A stretch of DNA of 64,000 bases from Octopus bimaculoides (Eukaryota), in NCBI RefSeq assembly GCF_001194135.2, contig NC_068993.1, positions 1,998,537 through 2,062,536 of the forward strand. Reading direction: 5' to 3'. Positions 1 through 13,099 of the stretch are shown here, in pieces. Each line of letters opens with the position of its first letter. Positions within the stretch are counted from its first letter, which is position 1. The notes beneath the pieces were generated by a model. It did no database searches. It saw nothing but the letters and a program-made list of their open reading frames with translations, and was not told where the DNA came from. Position numbers and translations under genes: made by a program.

Positions 1-35
1 TGTTTCTTATTGTTTCATTAAATGATGAAGGCAAT

Positions 36-130
36 GCCAGCCTCGGCGGAATGGGAACTCAGAACGTAAAGACGACCGAAAGGTTGCTTAGCGTTTTGTG
101 CGGCTTGTTAACGATTCTGCCAGCGCGCCG

Positions 131-132
<2 letters not shown>
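36..132 (-). mobile_element. tRNA-derived SINE (family 2), 5' part
   Basis: Reverse complement reads GCGGCGCGCTGGCAGAATCGTTAAC (A-box-like head) ... GTTCTGAGTTCCCATTCCGCCGAGG (B-box region). Matches the copies at 3508-3693, 15149-15315 and 29077-29217. Confidence 0.75.
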
Positions 133-202
<70 letters not shown>

Positions 203-212
203 GACTACTACT
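132..212. repeat. (ACT)n microsatellite
   Basis: About 27 ACT units seen directly; source of the poly-T and poly-S ORFs. Confidence 0.97.
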
Positions 213-1089
213 AATAATGTCATGTATATTCATAAGATTCGTCGTAAAAATAAAAATGAAAAACGATTGAAATATTTTGCGTAAGGTTCCTATCATTACA
301 TGTTATTGCTTCATAAAATATTTCGGGTTCTTTTCTTATAAGGTGAACGATTAAGAAGAAAAATGTAAATTTGTCTCACAACCTACTGATTTACGCGCTC
401 TATGTTCTGTCCTGAAACTCCCACATATCTAATAAAGAAAATTACTTATTGATTAATCATTCCCAATCACAAAACCCCAAATTGATCTTCTACCGAAACA
501 AATTCTTAGCTATTTGATATCGATTTCTGAAGAAGGCTGAAGATGATATGAATCGTGTTTTAAATTCTTTAAGCTATAGTTTCTTTAAAAAAATTAAATT
601 TGATAAATGAAATTGACGATGGAGAAAATGAAATTTTTACCCCAGAAAAGCATTTTACACCCGCATGAGGTAACTTAATCAGTGTCTGTCATAAATCCAT
701 GGATATAAGCAAAAAAAAAAAAATGATAGAACTACAACAAAGTACCTGGTTCCAAGTTAATATGGAAGTTAACGTAATAATATGTTTAAATTCAAAATAA
801 GATGTCCATCATATTAACCTGTTCACGATTGCAGACATTTTAATTCCTCTTCTGATTCTAGTTGGTTACATATAAATCGATGACGGTGATGAGATTTATG
901 CGTTGACGAAGACAGGGCCTTTGTTGTTATTGTATAGACCCAGATCAGCAGTAACTGACTAATCAGCCGACTAAAGAATTACTACCATTTTATCTGTTAT
1001 ATATCTGGTATTTCCTGGAAGAGCCATATTTTGGATTACACTATCCAATAAGTCTCTTCTTTATTCAAAAACTGTCTTGCCATTTATAG

Positions 1090-1231
1090 CACCAAGTTTT
1101 GCCAAAAACAATTTGCCAAAACATATGGAGAATGGAGAACACGACCGATATCAGCCATCACAATAATCAAAAACTTGATTTGCATTCGGTTAATGCAAAA
1201 AAGTTACGTCACCTTTACATGAATTTTCTTG
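1090..1231 (+). CDS. Weak candidate exon (HQVLPKTICQ...NAKKLRHLYMNFL), possibly the N-terminal helix of a TGF-beta-type prodomain
   Basis: Acceptor catttatag| and donor |gtatga; non-repetitive open frame. KLRHLYMNFLG(M) loosely resembles the prodomain ILxxLGL helix. It ends in phase 1, which does not join the next candidate directly. Confidence 0.22.
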
Positions 1232-1968
1232 GTATGAGAAACGTTGACTATACCAAAAGAAACAAAGCGGGCGAAATAAATCTGTTACGGGAAGAGGATA
1301 TGGAAATGAAGGGACAATTGACTGATACAAAAAAAACTCCAGTGATAGTGTTATAATCTCTAAAATGTTGCATTGATATAACGCCCACTTCGGTATACAG
1401 TATACTTAGTAAAACCAGTAAAGACACGATTATCTCTGACTGCCTACTACATACTCTCGTATTTCACGTACTTCTCTTTACTTATAGTGACTAGGTTATT
1501 CCATTCGTCACGTGGGAGGGGTTAACTATTATTACTAATTCCATATAATATTTCCCCTTTTAAGTTTTTCTTAGGAAGTGTCATTTTATTTAGCAATAAA
1601 TTAATTTTATTCACCTCACCTCCCCTTTTTTGAGTTTTTCTTTTTTTCCGTACAATTTGATATTTTCTTTCTTTCCGTACAATTTAATATTTTTGCGCTT
1701 AGCATCTTGGCCACTGATTTTAAATTGATATTAATCAAATTAATATTCAATATCTCACCCTTTATTATTTTAATTTATATANNNNNNNNNNNNNNNNNNN
1801 NNNNNNNNNNNNNNNNNNNNNNNNNNNNNNNNNNNNNNNNNNNNNNNNNNNNNNNNNNNNNNNNNNNNNNNNNNNNNNNNNNNNNNNNNNNNNNNNNNNN
1901 NNNNNNNNNNNNNNNNNNNNNNNNNNNNNNNNNNNNNNNNNNNNNNNNNNNNNNNNNNNNNNNNNNNN

Positions 1969-2004
<36 letters not shown>

Positions 2005-2009
2005 GTGTG

Positions 2010-2225
2010 TGTGTGTGTGTATGTCTTTATCGCGCTCCATCGCTTGACAACTGGCGTTGATCTGTTTAGGTTCCAATTATTTAGGTTTTCGGCAAAGCGA
2101 TCGATATAATGAATACTATACACAATAAGAAGAATAAGTGGCGGAGTCGATTTGCTTGACTAAAACCTTTCAATGCGGTGCTCCAGCATGACCGCAGTCC
2201 AATTAATGAAACAAGTGAGAGAAAT
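2010..2225 (+). mobile_element. SINE (family 1), 3' half
   Basis: ccatcgcttgacaactggcgttg...gtcgatttgcttgactaaa...gcggtgctccagcatgaccgcagtc...tgaaacaagt follows a (TA)n(TG)n tract. The same tail occurs at 24390-24440, 41965-42015 (-) and 59670-59860. Confidence 0.8.
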
Positions 2226-2504
2226 AGGAAAAAAAATAATGTTGGAGCATGTCAGACGTTGGTTTATTGTAAGCAGACAAAACTTTGCGCTGTGTGAAAG
2301 TTAAGTGCAGCGTCGAAGCTTTGCACTTAAATATATTTATATTGTTTTCGAAATGTATGTGATTTTTTAAATATCTTTATTGAATTGAAGATCTTTGAAG
2401 CGAGAAAAGTGAACAGAAGAAGATAGTTTTGTTGACATTTAAATTAGAAAAACAACTTCGTGAAATCGTGATCGAAATTAAAGAAAGATTTTCTATATTT
2501 ATTA

Positions 2505-2596
2505 TAAGAATGATGGTGATGACGATGGCGGCGACGGTGATGATTCTGATTCTGTAGTTGCCGAGGAGATGACGGAGACGCTGATTTGAAGAGGAT

Positions 2597-2627
<31 letters not shown>

Positions 2628-2735
2628 AAGATGCTTATGTTGATGTCGACGATAATAAACTCCATAAGGATTATCACGATGACGATGATGATGACAATGT
2701 TAATGATGATGATAATGATGATGATATTAATACTA
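2505..2735. repeat. Degenerate compound (GAT/GAC/AAT)n trinucleotide region
   Basis: Seen directly; produces the poly-I/H ORF 2444-2767. Confidence 0.9.
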
Positions 2736-2886
2736 TTCTGATCAATAAGTATCCGGTGTTTTGCCATAGTAACGCAGCTAAAGCATGCAGAGTGAAGCAG
2801 CTTAGCAGAGATGGACTTTGAACTCTGCTGTGCATGCGCACTAAGTTTTAACGTCCTGGCTCATTTCCGCCGTTTACAGCAGTGCT

Positions 2887-3114
2887 TGGAAGGAAGGTGT
2901 GTAGCATGTGATACCAATAGTAATTGGTGCACTTGGAAGTATCAGCACTCAGCTACCAACATGGCTGAAAAAGATTGGTGCAAGTGTGAAGGTAGAACAC
3001 CTGCAAAAACCAGCATTGATTGGAACTGCAAGAATTCTTCGCAGGGTTCTTGAAGCATGACCAGTAAACAAGCGTCACCTTCGTCTGCTGACTGTGGACA
3101 GCTGACACTTTCCA

Positions 3115-3117
<3 letters not shown>
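2887..3117 (+). mobile_element. 3' end of an R4/Dong-like (RLE-type) non-LTR retrotransposon
   Basis: Frame translates to VIPIVIGALGSISTQLPTWLKKIGASVKVEHLQKPALIGTARILRRVLEA* (stop at 3058-3060). This is the typical C-terminus of R4-clade elements (PxVIGALG...LQKxALLGTARILRxVL). A short 3' UTR and (GAT)n/(AAT)n follow. Confidence 0.85.
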
Positions 3118-3153
<36 letters not shown>

Positions 3154-3160
3154 AGTAAGA

Positions 3161-3230
<70 letters not shown>

Positions 3231-3238
3231 CAACAACA
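3118..3238. repeat. (GAT)n-(AAT)n-(AAC)n microsatellite
   Basis: Seen directly. Confidence 0.97.
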
Positions 3239-3507
3239 TGTGAGAGCGATAAAACACTGCTCCGAAATCTATCCGAAAACATCGAGAATAAAGACTACAC
3301 ATGGAGCCTAAAATAACTGACAAAGTGTTGGACTGTATTCGAGTAAGTAATACTCAATAAAATTCATTTCTATTTCTGAATGAAACGACATATTCTAAAT
3401 GTGTGTCACCTCCGTCACTCGCACAACACATGTAAACGCGCTCGCCACACTGACAAAGCGCTGGACTACACCGCTCGAATACTCCGGATGGAAAATTAAG
3501 GTGTGTT

Positions 3508-3693
3508 AGGGCCTGAAATTTGGGGGAGGGGGTAAGTCAATTGCATCGACCCCAGTACTCAACTGGTACTTGATTCATCGACTACGAAAGGGTGACAGGC
3601 AAAGTCAACCTAGGCGGAATTTGAACTCAGAACGAAAAGACGGACGAATTGCCGCTAAACTTTTTGCCTGGCGTGCAAACACCCATGCCAGCC
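3508..3693 (-). mobile_element. tRNA-derived SINE (family 2), near full length
   Basis: cgaccccagtactcaactggtacttg...ggcaaagtcaacctaggcggaatttgaactcagaacg...; reverse-strand B box GAGTTCAAATTCC. Confidence 0.85.
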
Positions 3694-4168
3694 TTAATCT
3701 GATGAAATATTGTTGATCGAATTAATGGACGAAGATAAGGAACATGACATTCACATTTGTATGCATATATATATATTATATATATATATATATATNNNNN
3801 NNNNNNNNNNNNNNNNNNNNNNNNNNNNNNNNNNNNNNNNNNNNNNNNNNNNNNNNNNNNNNNNNNNNNNNNNNNNNNNNNNNNNNNNNNNNNNNNNNNN
3901 NNNNNNNNNNNNNNNNNNNNNNNNNNNNNNNNNNNNNNNNNNNNNNATATATGTAGTGAGATGCTAATATATTCCATTCGATTATTGATTTATAGGTAGA
4001 AAGTTAACTGTGTAGAAATTTCTCCAGGAACTGAGAACATATCTACCTGAAACTGAATTCCGTTAATTAAGAACCTGTAATTAGAAGAAATTCGCTACAA
4101 AGAAACCTGCAACTCTCGTTCAGTATTTACATCTGTAATGAGTTGGCCAGTGGTATTCATTAACCCTT

Positions 4169-4453
4169 GATGTGACATGCACTGGATTCGGGTGTATTAT
4201 TCATTGAACTTCGATGTGTCATTTAGTGACCTTTCATGTGACATTCACCGGTGTTTGATGTATCATGCTCTGACCTTTAACATGTCATTCACTGACCTCT
4301 GATGTGTCTTTCAGTGACCTTTGATGTGTCATTCATTAACCTATGATATTTAAATCACTCAGCTCGATGTGACATTCGTTACCTTCTGATGTAACTTTCA
4401 CTGACCTCTCATACGCCATTTACAAATCTTTGATGTGACATTTACTGAAATTG
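4169..4453. repeat. Degenerate 22-bp minisatellite, about 13 copies, consensus GATGTGACATTCACTGACCTTT
   Basis: Units phase at 22 bp (one of 21), e.g. gatgtgtcatttagtgaccttt / catgtgacattcaccggtgttt / gatgtgtctttcagtgaccttt / gatgtgacatttactgaaattg. Confidence 0.9.
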
Positions 4454-4726
4454 CACAGATCTAGGACGATCCCGGCTACGTTTTACTTACGGCGAGCTTT
4501 ATCACACACTGTCACGTGGTTTCTTCCTGATAATTATGCTAAAGATAAATTGTGAGCGGAATACTCAGCCCAAGTAATGCTATTTCCGTGAATGAGTCGT
4601 TCAGCTGATTAAATAACTGGAATACAAATCGTCGAAACTGGCGGAAGACCCTTACGTTATTTCTCACTATCTTGATATAAAAGACATTTGTTACTACATA
4701 ATTGTCTCTGAGTGAAATCTGTATTT

Positions 4727-4990
4727 TAGTTCAGTTCAGTTCCTCCTGTGCTGTGAAGCACATTGTGAAGCAAGCTGACGCCACCGGTTTCTCTTGGCTG
4801 TGGTTTTCTCTACATCTGGTCATATGGTATTAGCCTCTCTCATGTCAGTCATGAATGTTCTGCACCGTGTATCTTTTGGACTTCCTCTTTATTGTTTCCT
4901 CTTCAGTGGTGTCCATTTGAAAGCTGTTCTACAATGGCGTTGTTCTGCTAGCCGGAGTATGTGACCTGCTAGTTTCATCTTCGTCCCGTG
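4727..4990 (-). mobile_element. RTE-clade LINE 3' end (decayed)
   Basis: Minus strand: MKLAGHILRLAEQRHCRTAFKWTP / NKRGSPKDTRCRTFMTDMREANTI*PDVEKTTAKRNRWRQLASQCASQHRRN* followed by an (ACTGA)n tail. Typical RTE C-terminus (GHxxR...WxP...RGRP...W...R..WR). Confidence 0.85.
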
Positions 4991-5978
4991 ATGATTTCAC
5001 CAAGTGATGCGTGTTGGCTCTCTTTAGATATTTGAATTCAGCATGTTTATAAACACCATCTCAAGCAAAATACCAATTATTTTCAATGAATGAAATAATT
5101 TAATGCACGGAAGTCAGTTTTGATCGTTCATTGTTTTGATTAAAGACATTCCATCACCCATGAACATCTCGAATAATTAAAGGAAAGCTGAAACAACTTT
5201 GGGTAAAATGTGTTTTCTTAATTTTTTGAAAATCATTTTTCTGGATACTACAGTTTAATTTGAAGGAGATTTGACTGCTATTTCTAACAAGTTGAAAGAA
5301 AAATTACAGAAACTTCTGAGTTGATTTCTTTTATCGTTTATTACAGTTGATGTTTTATGCTGATCAAGAAGTCCTATGACAAAAGGATTTCCAATGATGA
5401 CCGCCCTACCATATATTCTGACGTAATATCGATAGAGCTGTGTTATTTAAGATGTCATCCATTTTGAATTATAGCAAACACGTTACGGACTGCTTGGAGG
5501 GAAATTTGGCTGTTGTTACTTCCAGCAGGGAAGCGACCAGGTAGAATATCACATTGTTAGTTCAATATATCGATAGATGTCTATATTGGTCTTCATATCC
5601 AACTTGTTGGGGCAGATAGCCAAGTTTTCTCTCTGGTATCCGTACATACATGCATACATGCATACATACATCATCTCTTTCCCTCCCTCTCTCCATTTCT
5701 CTGTCTTCATCTATAAACATGTATATGTATGCGTATGCATGCATATATACACATGCACGCGCACACACATACATATTGTATATTTTTCGTGAGGTATGGA
5801 TTATATACGACACATAATGCTACTCAGTTAATCTCGCAACAATTCTGTTTCAACTGCTAATACTTTATGCATTAATGAATTCTGTTGTTTTATTCATGAT
5901 CAGATCCGCTCTAATTGCTAGGTGAAAATTCCCTCGATCAATCTTAAACATCTTCAACATTCATCTTCATTGTTACAG

Positions 5979-6044
5979 ACTGACGACTATCGATTCTGCA
6001 AGGAACTGTTTAAAACTCTTGATTCTTTACGATTGAATGGAACT
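5979..6044 (+). CDS. Candidate exon TDDYRFCKELFKTLDSLRLNGT (phase 0-0); resembles the FMLDLYxxL helix of TGF-beta prodomains
   Basis: Pyrimidine-rich acceptor ...catcttcattgttacag| and donor |gtatgt; only one frame is open. Confidence 0.4.
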
Positions 6045-8095
6045 GTATGTTCTTTTTGTATTTTGTTGAGAATCTCCACTATTTATATCAATACACGATC
6101 GATATCTACTAAACATTTAGAAAGTTCCAGTAAAGACCATAATGGAATATTTCTCCCACTCCTGGGACTATGCTGCTCCCACACGCATAGACATCTTATT
6201 CTTAATGGGGAAAAAAACTGTCGGGATACTTATCATCAAGCTGCTCACCAACACAACCCATACTCCAGCCAACAGATCTGCTGTTGTCTTCTTATGCTTT
6301 CCTCCGGATAATATCTACAAAGTTATCTATTTCTCGGGACTTGCTGCTTTTCTGCAATCTGTTGCATATCCTCATATGTTCTCCCTAAATATTTCTCTAA
6401 GATGTTATCATAAATTCTTAAGTATGAATACATAAAAGTATATATTCTCTCTCTCTCTCACACACATTTATCTATCCCTCTCTCTTTTCCCCACTCTTTC
6501 CCCCTCTATAACTCTACATCTCTCGCTCTGTATTCTTCTCACCCCATGTCTCCCTATATATCCCTTTGTCTCTGGAACGTTTATGTAATTCATACATTTA
6601 CTCTTGTCATATTGTGTAACAATGATTCGACAAAATAATTAAGTACAACTCTCTACGGAATACGCAACCACTTCCACGTTGCACTAATAGAGATTAAGTT
6701 GCTCGATTAACTGAAGATTTATTTGCGAAAGAAACCGAGAACGCACCATATATTAGATTCTTAGACTGAGATATGATGGATTATAAAGTGTGGTAAAATG
6801 TTTGTTGTGTAAATGTTGACTGGTTTCCGGTTCCGGTACCTTTTTAAAGAATAGCACTATAATTAAAATTGAATTCAAACTGCTGATATAGTGTAGAAGG
6901 CAGGGGGAATTTCTTTTTCGGAACTGTTCAGTATTGATAGACCAAAGAAACAAATATCGATGCACTCTTAACCAACACGTATCTCGAAGTGTGTTTCGAC
7001 TATCATTCGTAATATGTCGTCAGCCTATTTCCCACGTTTGATTTACCTGGCACGTTAATCAACAAATAAATGACTGGATAGAGAAATATACAAAGATTTT
7101 CAAAGAAAACTTATCAACCAGGTAGTTAAAATCTCACACCTTAGTGCGATCTGTTTAATGGTATCTACGATTCATTTTATTCTCTTGACCAAAGTGTATG
7201 AATCACATATTTTCGTGGGTGTTGTTCCTTCTTTATAAACAAACACTAACAACTTACGTCGAGCTTCGTTTTATACTTTAGCCTATAAAACAAAATACAT
7301 TCGCAGACGATAAAACTGAACCGCTCTTCAAATTTTTTTACATAACTTCTAAAAGATGGTTTTGTGTATATTTATTCAGTTGACAGTGAACACAATGTAA
7401 ATTATATTATTTCGTCTTGGCTCTTGCTACACTTACCACTGAAGATATTCGTCCATTTAAAATATGTCTGTTTTTATTCTGTTTTTATTTTATGATATTA
7501 AAATTTGGTTTGCCCAATTTTGTATATTCATACAGTGGCCTTTTAAGAAAAATAAAAATCTAAACAAAAAAAGAAAAACAAGAAAATACCGCTAATTATA
7601 ATAATTCAGTGTTCTGATAGATTTGTTACTTAATAGGCAGTTAAACACAAACAAAATGGACAGCAACAGAGTAAATTGAAAAGGAAGAGAAAAGATATAT
7701 AGAAAATAATAGAAAAAAAAAAACTCAACTCACATTATTCATGAACAGAATACATAAAAATAACAACATTAGCAGCAACAAAACAATAGACATAAGAGAA
7801 AAATTTTAAAAGTAAAAAAAATAAAAAAAGGACATATTATTTTATATTCGATAGTAAAAATCTATGAAACTATTATAATAGTATCAACAACAAAAGACTC
7901 TATGGAAATTCACTAGAAAAGTCTATTAGGATCGTGTTGTAATGTTTTGTTCTTCTTAATTTCTATTTCACTAGACACACAGTGAAATTGAAGAAGCCTA
8001 ATGTGAGGGAGATTCAAAGAACTAGTCTGGGTTTGCAATAGAAAGACATTTCATAGATTGCTAACGCATTATTTGCAAGACTACATATTTTTCAG

Positions 8096-8136
8096 ATGGA
8101 CTTTAATGATATTGTACCCACCCCCACTTTTCGTTC
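8096..8136 (+). CDS. Weak candidate bridging exon MDFNDIVPTPTFR(S) (phase 0-2)
   Basis: ctaac about 30 nt upstream, acceptor atttttcag|, donor |gtaaat. Its phases would link 5979-6044 to 20631-20663, but several other segments could do the same. Confidence 0.18.
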
Positions 8137-8272
8137 GTAAATTGAAGAGTAGAAGCTGTAAAATTATTCTATTCTAAAGAATACAACTATTTTTCTCTGA
8201 TATTCACATTTGAGAATTATGGAGAATTTTTGCCTTTATTTTCCCATAATATACACACATGTATATATAACA

Positions 8273-8364
<92 letters not shown>

Positions 8365-8788
8365 TAAATATATATGTATGCATGCGTGTACGTCGGTGTG
8401 TGTGAGTGCATGCATGTATGTGTGTATATTCCTCTATCTATTTAGGGGTAACATTGTTTAAAGTATGTTTACCAAAATGAATTGAATTATATTTTTTAAG
8501 AGAAAGTAAAAAGAAAAAAAAAACTATATATGAAAATACAGAATAGATAAATGAATAAACAAAAGAGTAAGTGAAGTAGAGAGAACGAAATGTGGAAAGA
8601 AAAATGAGGAAGAAAAAAATGGAGAACGAGATATAAAAAAGACGTGGAAAAGAAAAACGAGGGAGAATGAAGCGGGACGGATTTGATAAAATGATTTATC
8701 AGAAATAAACGTGCGAAATCAATAGAAATATCCGCGGATGTAAGTGGACGTCAAATGGAACCTCTTTCTTCCGCTGCTGCTGCTGCTG

Positions 8789-8843
<55 letters not shown>

Positions 8844-9828
8844 GTGACTGTAGTCCTTTAATATATTCAAATGCAATGAAGAACTATCGTGATTGTTGCC
8901 GGAAAGAAATCCCACGAATAGGATTCTCTGTTATTTCTCTAATTTGAGGTGTATATGTGATTGTATGTGTGTGTGTGTGCATAGGTGCGTGTGCCTGTGT
9001 GCATGCGTGCGACAGGGACGGTTGTGAAGAAGAAAAATGCCAGGGAGTGTGAGGGTGAATATAGGAACATACAGGGAGATATTCACAGTGAGATCTTTGA
9101 CAGATCTTGTTTTTCATCTCGCAGAACGTCCCAAAACCATACTACTCACAAAATAGGTTGGAGGGTATCACCGTTTTAGCGGCCGGCAACTTCGTCATGC
9201 ATGTTATACCATGCAAACTGTACATGGCGGCGGAATCCTGGAGTATATCTCTTCAGAGATGCAAGTTTGGTTGTGGCTCGAAGAAGTGACTCTTTTAAGA
9301 CTGTCTTTGTGGATGGCATAGTAATTCCTGATTTCAGCCGGTAGAAATAACCTGAAACCTACCCTATCAAGGGCAGCTCAGTTGTAAATTGTTTAGACTG
9401 AGTCAAGAACAATTTAAATTCAATGTCATCGCCTGTAATAAATCAAACGCCACTTAAATGTTCACTCAAATGAAATATAATGAAGGCCCAACCGATACAC
9501 ATACAACCATTTTGACAAGACATTGTTTAGCAAACGGAGAAATTCATCTCCAGTCTCCCCTACTGAGGATGGTATATTGTTTCCTTCTCGTGTCTGACTC
9601 ACAATTTATCGATGACAAGACAAGACAGTGCGTCTGATGACGTATGCTAACACGAAAGCGATCATCGAATTAAGCCATACAAGTTATTTCACATCTACCC
9701 ACTGATTACTTCATCTTCCATTCATTACACTTACCTGATTACTCAGTCATCCGTTTGATTCGTATGAATATTAACTTATCTCTGCATTCGTCACTTATAC
9801 AATGCAATACAATTACACTGTCTGGCTG

Positions 9829-9869
<41 letters not shown>

Positions 9870-10175
9870 NNNNNNNNNNNNNNNNNNNNNNNNNNNNNNN
9901 NNNNNNNNNNNNNNNNNNNNNNNNNNNNNNNNNNNNNNNNNNNNNNNNNNNNNNNNNNNNNNNNNNNNNNNNNNNNNNNNNNNNNNNNNNNNNNNNNNNN
10001 NNNNNNNNNNNNNNNNNNNNNNNNNNNNNNNNNNNNNNNNNNNNNNNNNNNNNNNNNNNNNNNNNNNNNNNNNNNNNNNNNNNNNNNNNNNNNNNNNNNN
10101 NNNNNNNNNNNNNNNNNNNNNNNNNNNNNNNNNNNNNNNNNNNNNNNNNNNNNNNNNNNNNNNNNNNNNNNNNNN

Positions 10176-10236
10176 CCGCCGCTGCCGCCGCTGCCGCCGC
10201 TGCCGCCGCTGCCGCCGATGCCGCCGATGCTGCTGC
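10176..10236. repeat. GC-rich (GCCGCCGCT/GAT)n repeat at a gap edge
   Basis: Seen directly. Confidence 0.9.
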
Positions 10237-13099
10237 AATTGTTTTTATGCATTTATTTTATTTTCTACCATTCATATTTTTGTGTGTACCATAGAAATGA
10301 TTTCATTTGAAATGTCTTCCATGACCATGTTTCTGCTCGCTTTTGAAACAGCTACGGGCTGATGCTTAATCATTCTGTAACTTACAAAGAAAAAAAAAAG
10401 AAACAAACAAAAGGAGAATAATATCTACAAACTTTTAAATATAAAAATGAATTTTCTAGAAAGCAAGTGAGAAAGAGAGAGGGGGGAAAAAGAGAGAGAA
10501 AGTTGTAGAGAGAGAGAGAGAGAGAAATACAGCGAGAGGTAGAGAAGTGAGCGTTAACATGAGGAAGAGAAGATTTAGAGAGATAAAGAAGAGACAGCGA
10601 GGGATGGTGAGAGAAGGAGATTGTTTTATCCAATTTATACTTTTACAAAACAAACGACACATCAGTGAATCGGTATGGCTTTGTTTTATATGGATTTATT
10701 TTGAGAAATATTTTTTATTGAATATCGCACAAAGCTTTTCGCTTAACTGCATCAATTCAATTTTGTTGTAAATACAAGATTTACCGATTAAAACACTATT
10801 AATGTCGACAGTGAAATTATATCAGCACATAACGAAACGTTCAGCACAACAAATCAATAAGCTAGACAGCGGCTAATAACGCCAGGACCGCCACTCATAA
10901 TAACCTTATTGATAAAATAAAATTGATCCAAAGTGCTATTCTATACAAACCTCTTTACGCACTCAGATATGGCGCCCATCTTATGTGGCCTTTCTTTGCC
11001 CAAATGTGTTGTGAATACATGATAGATTTTTTAAATAAATATAGTAGTCGCCCGCATACATACATACACACACACATACATACATACATACATACAAACA
11101 TACAAGTTATGTATATGCATATATTGCATACATGTACATACGTACACAATCGCACATAGACACACGCATATGCATATACAATATATATATATATATATAT
11201 ATATATTCAAAGAAAGCCAGAGTAGTAGAAATATGGTGAGGGCGTGAGAACCCTCATACCAAGATGTGTGAGTATTTATAGAAAATTGGTGAAATTCATT
11301 GAAATTGGATCTAGAATTCTCCATATGTACGATATATATAAAACATATAAAATAGAATATATTTCTTTATTCGATTTAGAAAAAGTGCAGATGTCTAAGA
11401 GAAAAACATGTACAAGGGACAGAGAACACGGTTTCGAGTACAAACTTGTGTTCATGAAACCACAGTAGTAGTATACATCATCAACATAAAACCGATGATG
11501 ATCTGTTTATATCACAGTGTTCATTTTGACTGTTATTGCTGGAACCATGTTGCTGGTACAGCGCGGCATTTTATCTACATGAGATACCGACGTTTCTTCC
11601 GATTAACGTTGGTACATCAGAAAAAAATGGCTCTAAAGTCAAGTGAATTTCGTTGTTTAGCATCAGGTCATCGGTGTTCATTGAGACGACTTACGATTAA
11701 AAACATTCTAGACATGTCTATGCCGTAACTTTTGCCATATTTCATCTCAAACTTTGGGATGTGATTCGAATGGGATTTCGCTGAAGTTCTATATTACTTG
11801 GCTGCTCTCCTTCAGTCGTCAATGTCACTCGGAAGCTGGTGTTTTCTCTTTTCTGCGAGCCGGAAGACCACCAACCCTTCCAGATTTTCTTAACTAGTAA
11901 CGTGATTCTGATAGAATATTTAAATTCTTAATACATACAAAACTATAATATTTGCTAAGATATCCAGAACTTAAAAACTGGGAAAATGTATCATAAAACA
12001 TTGTATGTAATAATTGGAAGAACGTGTGAATTCACTGCTTCGAATTTATACTTTATTATATTATTCTTGGAAATATGAAGAGCAAAAATAAAATCGGCAG
12101 GATTTGGATTAAAAAACTGTATAGTATGGGAAATGAGCATTGAAGAATGACATATTAACTTGTTAAAATTAGACAATACTATATAAATTATTTCATCATC
12201 ACCACTTGGATAGTTGGATGATGGGCGGATGGTTGGCATCAAAGGTGATTCTGGTGTTGTTGTCTTATATCATAATAGTATCAACTAATTGCAGTAATGT
12301 CTCATCTACGAAAGTGTTTTCCATTCACTATTGCTATAAATAAACAGCTAGATCACAAGAGACCAGTGACGGTCGGCATTGGGGAAAAGAAATCTGTTTC
12401 GTCTCTGAATGTTTAAAATTTGATTTTTAGCTTCCGTTGAGAGTTAAATAGAAAACGTTTCACCCAATTTCGCTTCGTAGTACGTGTGTTGCGGACCCGA
12501 GCAAAATAACTTATTTACAGAATATCATACAATTTTTATAAAATCTAATTTAAATTCAGATGTTGATTAATGAATCTAAAGAGAACAATAGTTGTCCTCA
12601 CATCCTATTAAGGTATTTCTCGGCGTTTCAAATATATGCATTTGTAGGTGAAGGGCTTGGTGACTCAGAATGATTCTAAAATACATCTCGAACACACAAA
12701 AATCAAAGTCAAGACTTTAAAAAATGCAAGGTTTAAACTAAAAAATTAGAGATGTGGAACGAAATTGTTTTAAAAGCGTTTTACTTTTTTCTGTCACACT
12801 GTCTACCGACTTACACATTTCTATAAATTTTGCTAAACCACTTTTCACTCAGTAAATTTCTTCACACGTACTTTGCAATTATGGAGGGTTAAATCATGCA
12901 CATAAAGTGAATAAATTTTAATGTCACACATACATTTTTGAACAGCATAAAATAAGTGTTGACGCCATTCTCTTACTTTGATTGAAAGAGAGTCGTTTAC
13001 CTTCTATCACGCGATGCTGGAGTGTTTTAATCAACACACCACTTAAATATAATTATGTTCATCACAATTTGGAACAATCGTATGTCTATTACATTTCAT

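Noticed and set aside
51-284. ORF with a hydrophobic start and poly-Thr, resembling a secreted mucin-like protein
   Set aside because: The N-terminus is the reverse strand of a SINE head and the poly-Thr is an (ACT)n microsatellite.
5515-5545. 15-nt micro-exon-like segment (ttccag|CAGGGAAGCGACCAG|gtagaa)
   Set aside because: It lies inside a dispersed repeat motif (gatttggctgctatttctagcag...gcgacca) also seen at about 5260, 49960 and 56555.
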